Positions 58,138 through 64,000 of a DNA stretch of 64,000 bases are shown piece by piece. Each line of letters opens with the position of its first letter. The stretch's first letter is position 1. The notes beneath the pieces are model-generated. The model searched no databases. It was not told where the DNA came from and saw only the letters and a list, made by a program, of their open reading frames with translations. Source of the DNA: an uncultured Bdellovibrionales bacterium (GTDB lineage Bacteria > Patescibacteriota > Minisyncoccia > Moranbacterales > GWC2-37-73); NCBI GenBank assembly GCA_964609855.1, contig CAZSTB010000001.1:27854-91853 (forward strand). Reading direction: 5' to 3'. A program made the translations under genes and the position numbers.

Positions 58138-58629
58138 ATGGTTCAAATAATCCTCAGTTACTTAGTTCTCGGCATTCTATCTTTTAATTTGGTGAAAGTG
58201 CTGAGGAAATACCTCTTGGATTTAGGCGAAAAGGCACAAAAAATAGGTGTTACAATTTTTATAATTGCAATCGCCTTTTTGCTTATCGTGTTCAAAATTT
58301 CTTACGCCAGAGATGCTATCGTTATTCTTCAATTTTTTGTTTTCCTTTATGATGCATACAGAGGGGAATTATATAAAAAACCAGAGAAAAACTTTTATGA
58401 TCTCACTTTCAATGAGAAATTTTATATGACCGCCTATAATTTGGTTTTTGTAAGTAGTTGCTTTATATACGCTCTCTATACATTTCCCTCGCGTCTTTCT
58501 GAGGATATGCAACCACTTGGTAATATAATAGTTATTTTTGTTATCGTATACTTGAGTTTTATAGATAAGAGAAAAAAAGGTAAATCCCTGATGTTTTACG
58601 GAAACAAGAAGAAAACAGTTTCAATTTAA
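58138..58629 (+). CDS. membrane protein (163 aa), hypothetical
   Basis: Starts 3 nt after the previous stop. 4 TM. Confidence 0.45.
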   Translation: MVQIILSYLVLGILSFNLVKVLRKYLLDLGEKAQKIGVTIFIIAIAFLLIVFKISYARDAIVILQFFVFLYDAYRGELYKKPEKNFYDLTFNEKFYMTAYNLVFVSSCFIYALYTFPSRLSEDMQPLGNIIVIFVIVYLSFIDKRKKGKSLMFYGNKKKTVSI

Positions 58630-58721
58630 TATTGCAAAGTGAAACTATTGAAAAATAAAGTCAATTCTTCCGTGAATTTAAGCGATTTCAGTTCCGAATA
58701 TAGCTGGTTGGGGGGGGCAAA

Positions 58722-58750
58722 TAAAAAGGGCTTAATAAAGCCTTTTTTGT
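58722..58750 (+). terminator. rho-independent terminator (aaaagggctt-aata-aagccttttt)
   Basis: Preceded by an unusual G8 homopolymer at 58707-58717. Confidence 0.55.
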
Positions 58751-58976
58751 TATCTAGAATGAATTTCGAACTTTGGTAATTTGATCAATAGCGTGTGAAA
58801 TATGTATTGACAAACTTTGATAAATCCGCTATGCTCTAAAGTCTTGGATGTCAGCGAGAATGTATTGTTTGTAGAGCATTATTTATGGCTATAATAGCGC
58901 AAATAATGTTCTGGAAATAATTTCAGAGCAGTAAACTTGAAAACTTAATCTTTACAAACGGAGGAGGTGAAAATCT

Positions 58977-59276
58977 ATGTACGCAGCACTGGAGTTGGTG
59001 TTTCTTTTTTTGGCTGTACTGTTCATCGTGACGCAAATGCTTATGCCGGCTTTAACTGGCGGGCAATACTTCTGGATTTTCCGAAAGGAACAGAAGGCGA
59101 TTAAGAGCAAGGAGGCTGAGCTTTCCGCACTGAGGGAACGTGAAAAGGCAATTGATCTTGACTCGGCCATCGCTGCAGGAAAAGCAAGGCTTAGGCAGAA
59201 AGCAGAAAGCGTAGGCCAGATGAAAGAAGCCATCACAGAGGAAGAAAAAGGCAAGATCCCTGAAGAAGAGAAATAA
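58977..59276 (+). CDS. small membrane-anchored coiled-coil protein (99 aa); NfeD-like partner of the downstream SPFH gene (tentative)
   Basis: GGAGGAGG SD. One N-terminal TM then a charged coiled-coil. TTGACA-17-TATGCT promoter at 58808-58836. Confidence 0.5.
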   Translation: MYAALELVFLFLAVLFIVTQMLMPALTGGQYFWIFRKEQKAIKSKEAELSALREREKAIDLDSAIAAGKARLRQKAESVGQMKEAITEEEKGKIPEEEK

Positions 59277-59312
59277 CTTTCCGCCTAGGCGGACATCAAG
59301 GAGGAGGACACG

Positions 59313-60611
59313 ATGGAAAGATTCGACGCAGATGATGCAATTGACAAGGCGACAGAACTGGGAAGGGCAGTGAAGCAGAAACTTCCGGGCAAACGAGGCA
59401 TGACTATCAGCCTCGTTTGTCTGGCACTGTTGTTCGTGCTCTTTGCGATCAAGGGCAAGATCTATTACGATCTGGCTCAAAACGAGATACTGTTCATCAA
59501 GGAAATGGGGTCCGGCAAGGTCTACATCCACAAGAATGCAGGCTGGAAGTGGGTCCGTTTCGGTGAGCCGACCATGATTAAGAAGAGCTATACGTTCTGG
59601 TTCTCCAATAAGGCTGACCAGGGCAAGAAGAATGACGAGAGTATCAAAGCGCGCTTCAATGATAACGGCCACGGGAACATCTCCGGATCCATCCGGATAA
59701 ACTCGCCACTGAACGATAAGCAGCTGTTGGATATATACTCTCAGTTTAAGACCCAGGAAGCCATCGAGCACGAGATCATCAGAACGACGCTCGAGAAGGC
59801 GGTTTATTTCGCCGGCCCACTGATGTCGTCCACTGAGAGCGCTTCCACCAAGAGGAACATGCTTCTTAGCTATATCGAAGATCAGGCCCAAAGTGGGATC
59901 TACAAAACTGTATCGGAGGAAGTGAAGGTTAAAGATACTCTGACTGGCGCCGATAAGACCATGACTCAGGTAAGACTGCTTACCGATGAAAAGAAGCCTA
60001 ATGGCATTGCCAGACACGAGCAATCGCTCCTGGCGAAGTTTGGCTTCACATCATCAAACCTGAGCATCAATGAAATTGTCTACGACGATGAAGTTGAGGC
60101 CCAGATCAAGGCCCAGCGGGAATCGATCATGTCGGTACAGACTTCCATTGCCGCGGCGAAGAAAGCCGAGCAAGACACGATCACCACTGAAGAAAAAGGA
60201 AAGGCTACAGCAGCTAAAGCCAAGTGGGCACAGGAAACGCTCAAGGCTACGGCGGTCACCAAGGCTGAGCAGGATCGCGAGGTGGCCCGTATCGACAAGG
60301 AAGCAGCTGAGTTTACCAAGCAAAAGCTGATCTTGGAAGGTCAGGGTGAAGCCGAAAAGCGACGTCTGATCATGGCAGCTGACGGAGCCCTGGACAAGAA
60401 GCTCAAGACATATGAGAACGTCATGGGTCGCGCTGTCCAGGAATTCGCCAAGCAGAAATGGGTGCCTGAAATCGTGATGGGTGGGGGATATAGTGGCAGC
60501 GCAGGCGCAGGCACTCCACTTTACGACATGATGAACATGATGTCCCTGTCGGCTATGAAAAGCATTGGCCTTGACATGGGCATCCCCATCGGCAAAAGCA
60601 CCAAGAAGTAA
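59313..60611 (+). CDS. SPFH/band-7 (flotillin/prohibitin-like) domain membrane protein
   Basis: N-terminal TM. Central SPFH-like region. C-terminal Ala/Glu/Lys-rich coiled-coil (KAEQDREVARIDKEAAEFTKQKLILEGQGEAEKRRL), flotillin-like. Confidence 0.65.
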   Translation: MERFDADDAIDKATELGRAVKQKLPGKRGMTISLVCLALLFVLFAIKGKIYYDLAQNEILFIKEMGSGKVYIHKNAGWKWVRFGEPTMIKKSYTFWFSNKADQGKKNDESIKARFNDNGHGNISGSIRINSPLNDKQLLDIYSQFKTQEAIEHEIIRTTLEKAVYFAGPLMSSTESASTKRNMLLSYIEDQAQSGIYKTVSEEVKVKDTLTGADKTMTQVRLLTDEKKPNGIARHEQSLLAKFGFTSSNLSINEIVYDDEVEAQIKAQRESIMSVQTSIAAAKKAEQDTITTEEKGKATAAKAKWAQETLKATAVTKAEQDREVARIDKEAAEFTKQKLILEGQGEAEKRRLIMAADGALDKKLKTYENVMGRAVQEFAKQKWVPEIVMGGGYSGSAGAGTPLYDMMNMMSLSAMKSIGLDMGIPIGKSTKK

Positions 60612-60635
60612 GCACGAAGTATTTTCACAACCGAA

Positions 60636-60670
60636 AAGGGCTGGCCGAGAAGTTTCGGCCAGCCTCTTTT
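60636..60670 (+). terminator. rho-independent terminator (ggctggccga-gaagtt-tcggccagcc + tctttt)
   Basis: 10-bp perfect GC-rich stem. Confidence 0.65.
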
Positions 60671-60689
60671 AACAAAAGGAGGCAATCTG

Positions 60690-61376
60690 ATGAAATTGCG
60701 AAAACTGATTTTGTTTTGTCTGGCTCTGCTTGTTTTTGCAGGGTGCAGGTCTGATATCATCGAAAAAGTCGCAACTGGCGCGGCTCTTAGCGAAGATGAT
60801 AAAAAAGAGTACGCTGAGTATACTAAGGATGCCAAAAGCAAGGCAGACTTTGACACAGCAGTCGCTGAATACAAGAAAAAGATCGCCGAAAATAGTTATT
60901 CGCCGCCCACTGAAGAACAAAAAAAACTCGGAGTCAGGGAGTATCATGGCCAAGAATTGAAGATTTCACCGGTAGTGACAGATCAGATCGGTTTTATCGA
61001 AGGTTCCAGGGTTAAGACGCCCGACGGTGAAGGATACTTCGTCGGAATCGATAAGGACGGCGACGGATGGTTTCACCTTGATGGCAAAACATCCCTGCAT
61101 TATTACAAAGGCGGGAAAGATGAATACATCAAGAAAGGATTCATGCTCATCGCATCTCCAGCAGAGCAGCAAGAATTGGTACTTATCGCGGAAAAGAGTG
61201 CAGAAGAACAAAATGCTCTTCCTTTGGTTCCAGCGGCACCGGCAGTCAAGCCCAATCCCGCAGCTCCGAAGATCGCGAAAGCCGCTTCGGCAACTTCGGT
61301 CGTTGCAGATCTGCAGGTAGGCGAGATTGAAAAACTCCCACCGATCCCACCGATCCCGCCATTAAAAGAGAAGTGA
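60690..61376 (+). CDS. lipoprotein (228 aa) with Pro/Ala-rich C-terminal tail
   Basis: AAAGGAGG SD. Signal peptide with LVFAGC lipobox. C-terminal PPIPPIPPLKEK. Confidence 0.55.
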   Translation: MKLRKLILFCLALLVFAGCRSDIIEKVATGAALSEDDKKEYAEYTKDAKSKADFDTAVAEYKKKIAENSYSPPTEEQKKLGVREYHGQELKISPVVTDQIGFIEGSRVKTPDGEGYFVGIDKDGDGWFHLDGKTSLHYYKGGKDEYIKKGFMLIASPAEQQELVLIAEKSAEEQNALPLVPAAPAVKPNPAAPKIAKAASATSVVADLQVGEIEKLPPIPPIPPLKEK

Positions 61377-61388
61377 TTTAAAACCTAA

Positions 61389-61420
61389 TAGAGGCTGGCT
61401 GAAGCATCAGCCAGCCTCTA
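61389..61420 (+). terminator. strong hairpin (tagaggctggctga-agca-tcagccagcctcta), terminator-like without T-run
   Basis: 14-bp perfect stem. Confidence 0.45.
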
Positions 61421-61449
61421 ATCATATCTTGCATTGATGCGAAAGGAGG

Positions 61450-61821
61450 ATGGTCATGGCACATTCAACAAAGAGAGAGGCTCTGATGGAGATCGTAAAT
61501 CTCATCGTTCAGAATTCTGGCAAAAGAGCATCGCTTGCCTTCCAGGAGGAAGATACGATGACTGAGAAAGTCGAGGATGCTGCACACTTCATCAAGGTCG
61601 ACGGAAAGAGGATTGGCCGTGACATTGGGATGTACGGCTTCATGGGTGATGGCCCAGTTGGCTGGGAAAGAACACTGGCCATGTTCCTGGAAGAAATTCT
61701 CTTTCCAGTTAAAGGTCTCGGCCTCACTGAAAGCTACAATGCTGCCGCCGAGAAATTAAAGGAGCTCGGCCATGAGGTCTATTCCACCGACCTTCATGCA
61801 GAGTGGGATGGGCTGTTCTAA
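61450..61821 (+). CDS. hypothetical protein (123 aa)
   Basis: GAAAGGAGG SD. GC-richer composition. Confidence 0.45.
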   Translation: MVMAHSTKREALMEIVNLIVQNSGKRASLAFQEEDTMTEKVEDAAHFIKVDGKRIGRDIGMYGFMGDGPVGWERTLAMFLEEILFPVKGLGLTESYNAAAEKLKELGHEVYSTDLHAEWDGLF

Positions 61822-61957
61822 GATTCGGCATCGCACCGGATCAACTAACGGCTATGAGTTTATACAGAAATGTATATCTCATGGCCGTTTTATTTTTTAT
61901 AAAAAGCTCTATCTAAAATCAGGGCTCTTTAACTATGAAAGAATTTCGAACTTGGCG

Positions 61958-62000
61958 CAAACAACAAAAAGAGGCTTATTTAAGCCTCTTTTTGTTGTTT
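61958..62000. terminator. bidirectional terminator: perfect long palindrome caaacaacaaaaagaggcttatt|taagcctctttttgttgttt
   Basis: About 20-bp arms, A-run and T-run on either side. Confidence 0.6.
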
Positions 62001-62153
62001 AGTCTTGACTTCTTTTAAAATTCATATTAATCTCCATTATCATTGTTATTTTAAAATTTAATCACGAACTGGCAGTTAAATAATTGAAATTGTTGATTAT
62101 TCAACTGTCAGTTTGTGCAAAATAGAAACTGAACGTCAAATGCGAGGAGGTGT

Positions 62154-62705
62154 GTGATGAGTGAAACGTGCTTGGTGAGAAAGTGGAGGGAAATATCAAG
62201 ACAAGTAGTGTTCACTGCCAAACGATTTTCAATCTTAAGCATTGATTTCTTAAGACCAGGCAATGAGAAATATCCAGAGGTATTTATTAAGAAAGAGCCT
62301 GATTCTGTGGGAATTTTTGCCATTACAAAAGATCAACAAGTCGTGATGGTGAAACATTACAGAGCTGGGCCAGGGGAAATAGTGCTTGAACTTCCAGCAG
62401 GCGACGTGGACAACGGAGAAAGCCCAGTGGAGGCTGCATTAAGGGAATTGCTTGAAGAAACGGGATTTCAAGGGGAAAAAGCAGTTATAACAGGATCAAC
62501 ATATCGGGACGCATATTCCACTGGAATTTTTTTCTCAGTCGTTGTGACTGATTGCGTCTTTGAGAGAATTCCAGTGGAACAACAAAGGCATAAAAATCTG
62601 CGTAAGATAATTCTTGTCCCGCTAGAGGAATTTCCTGGAATATTGGAAAGTTGCACGATGACAAATTCCGAGGCTGGATTCAGGGGTTTATATTTTCTAA
62701 AATAA
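62154..62705 (+). CDS. NUDIX hydrolase
   Basis: Nudix box GDVDNGESPVEAALRELLEETGF (Gx5Ex7REUxEExGU). Confidence 0.8.
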   Translation: MMSETCLVRKWREISRQVVFTAKRFSILSIDFLRPGNEKYPEVFIKKEPDSVGIFAITKDQQVVMVKHYRAGPGEIVLELPAGDVDNGESPVEAALRELLEETGFQGEKAVITGSTYRDAYSTGIFFSVVVTDCVFERIPVEQQRHKNLRKIILVPLEEFPGILESCTMTNSEAGFRGLYFLK

Positions 62706-62723
62706 CTCTCAAAGGAGAATGAC

Positions 62724-63365
62724 ATGAAAAATTCGAAAGACACTGTAGGTATAAGCGAACGCACTGATTGGGATAGAATGATAAATGAAGTAGATGCTCT
62801 CCGGAGAAGACTTCGGGAAAAACCCCAAGAATTAAGAATCGGATATTCCATAACACCTGGTGGCATACTCAATGCTTATTGTGAAGGTGATATTTTATTT
62901 GAACAAGCAGTTGCAGAACTGACCAAATTGACTCCTGGAACGGCCATGAAAAAAGTGATCATAACAAGAGGTATTCCTGGTTCAGGGAAAACGACTGAGT
63001 TGGAAAAGAATTATCCCGCAGCTTTCGTTTGTTCGGCAGTAAACTTTCACACTGACCACCTTGGAAACTACAAGTTTTATCCGAATGGCGTCAGAGAAGC
63101 GCACACTTATTGCCAGAATGCTTTTCGGGCAGCGCTTCAAAACAACCTCCCGCTCATTGCAGTAGACAATACCCACATTAAGACGTGGGAATTTGCTAAC
63201 TATATCGAACAGGCTGAAGATTACGGCTACGAAGTGGTTGTTATCCGCATGAAGTTCGATGACATCGCCGCCGCATTCGAAAGGAACATTCACAGAGTTC
63301 CACTTGAAGTAATTGCTCGGATGCACAGCATGATGGAAGATTATGCTGGTGAAATTTTTGTCTAG
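62724..63365 (+). CDS. P-loop kinase-like ATP-binding protein (AAA_33 / polynucleotide-kinase-like)
   Basis: Walker A GIPGSGKTT, Walker B-like IAVDNTH. Size and layout match small nucleotide/polynucleotide kinases. Confidence 0.55.
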   Translation: MKNSKDTVGISERTDWDRMINEVDALRRRLREKPQELRIGYSITPGGILNAYCEGDILFEQAVAELTKLTPGTAMKKVIITRGIPGSGKTTELEKNYPAAFVCSAVNFHTDHLGNYKFYPNGVREAHTYCQNAFRAALQNNLPLIAVDNTHIKTWEFANYIEQAEDYGYEVVVIRMKFDDIAAAFERNIHRVPLEVIARMHSMMEDYAGEIFV

Positions 63366-63403
63366 CCGATGACATTATAAAAAGGTAAAGGAGGATTTGA
63401 AAG

Positions 63404-63793
63404 ATGCTAACTATAAAAACATGGTGTTTGCCGAACGGTCTTTCGGAGAAAGAATTAAACGATCTGCATAACGCAATGGTAGCTGCAGTCATCTCCATCC
63501 CAAAGACTGGGGTTAAGAATGAGAGTATGATGCTCAATCTTTTTCCTTCAGACATGATGAGCTATGGTCTGGGAAATGAAATCAGTATTGAGATCACAAA
63601 AGTTCCTGTATCCTGTGATCGGCACATCCTAAATAAGCTCGCACGAGCTGTTGGCGTGGTCGTCAGAAAGGCTTTCCCAAACGCGAGAGTAGAATGCGAA
63701 GCTTTGCCATTTAACACTGCCGCTGGCTTTTTCTCAGCCATAAGCGAACAGCAGCAATTCGAGGAAGAGTGTGCGGCGGGATTTCATAAATAG
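63404..63793 (+). CDS. hypothetical protein (129 aa)
   Basis: AAAGGAGG SD 7 nt upstream. Hairpin aggaggc-ttgtttt-ggcctct downstream at about 63939-63962. Confidence 0.4.
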   Translation: MLTIKTWCLPNGLSEKELNDLHNAMVAAVISIPKTGVKNESMMLNLFPSDMMSYGLGNEISIEITKVPVSCDRHILNKLARAVGVVVRKAFPNARVECEALPFNTAAGFFSAISEQQQFEEECAAGFHK

Positions 63794-64000
63794 TTCTGTC
63801 TGCACAACAAGCAGTAAGAAGAAAAAGAGAGTCGTTGGCAAATGCCCGCGGCTCTTTTCATATCCAAATTTGATATTCTGAGTCTTTATTGTAATTTAAA
63901 AAGTATAAGGTTTGTTTAGCGGGGAGAGATAAACGTTTAAAGGAGGCTTGTTTTGGCCTCTCTTTGCTCTCTCTTTGCTGTTTGCTATTGACTTAAACTT

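Larger units (their letters stand above)
43220..64000. mobile_element. putative integrated genomic island at tRNA-Asn (serine-recombinase type); right boundary not in window
   Basis: Large serine recombinase gene overlaps the tRNA 3' end. Phage-like terS gene. Shift to a different regulatory style (consensus promoters, GGAGG SDs, GC-rich terminators). Mosaic GC (blocks about 50% GC at 53.8-56.1 kb and 59-61.8 kb). Defense-like cargo. Confidence 0.5.

Noticed and set aside
59052-60023. 323-aa minus-strand ORF antisense to the SPFH gene
   Set aside because: The GC-rich region generates a stop-free antisense frame. The plus-strand gene has an SD and a recognisable SPFH/coiled-coil product.
1-64000. 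Alternative genetic code (UGA recoding, as in some candidate phyla)
   Set aside because: Long conserved genes (polA, gspE, PBP, dnaG, rpoD) are intact with standard stops and end at TAA/TAG/TGA where homology ends. There is no evidence of in-frame UGA read-through.

Overview
This 64 kb window is AT-rich (about 35-38% GC) and uses the standard genetic code. Its gene content and style suggest a small-genome, possibly CPR/Patescibacteria-like, bacterium; that lineage call is inference only.

The left two thirds (1-43.2 kb) look like core chromosome. Housekeeping genes found are a mutM fragment, polA, tsaE, a DHH phosphoesterase, ruvB, yebC-ruvC, ruvA, a class A PBP, FemAB plus a MurE-like ligase, LemA, HtpX, pyruvate kinase, tRNA-Ser, dnaG-rpoD and tRNA-Asn.

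Two unusual loci interrupt this core. The first is a 1005-aa tandem-duplicated GspE/PilB secretion ATPase. The second is a five-gene same-strand cluster (17.0-21.9 kb). It encodes a 7TM membrane protein, an ATP-grasp ligase fused to a retropepsin-like DUF785 domain, and three more ATP-grasp ligases. Together these look like an expanded membrane-associated peptide-ligation system.

The right third begins at tRNA-Asn, which abuts a large serine recombinase. It looks like an integrated genomic island with mosaic GC content (blocks near 50% GC), consensus promoters, strong Shine-Dalgarno sites and GC-rich hairpin terminators. Its most notable cargo is a roughly 1370-aa protein with the architecture HTH(XRE) - Mrr-like PD-(D/E)xK nuclease - STAND P-loop NTPase - long helical repeat array. 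This resembles Avs/bNACHT antiphage sensors. It is apparently expressed as a leaderless mRNA from a consensus promoter whose spacer and -10 box carry a perfect 11-1-11 palindrome, a plausible auto-operator.

Downstream cargo includes a DUF3800 protein, a pair of about 38-bp hairpin direct repeats, a consensus-promoter-driven 50%-GC two-gene cassette of unknown function, an SPFH/band-7 pair, and a NUDIX plus P-loop kinase pair.

Several GC-rich structured intergenic elements (10.48 kb, 29.0 kb, 30.95 kb, 47.15 kb, 53.4 kb) are candidate ncRNAs or REP/MITE-like repeats. No CRISPR array or rRNA was seen.

All functional calls rest on motifs read by eye and on family knowledge. No searches were run.
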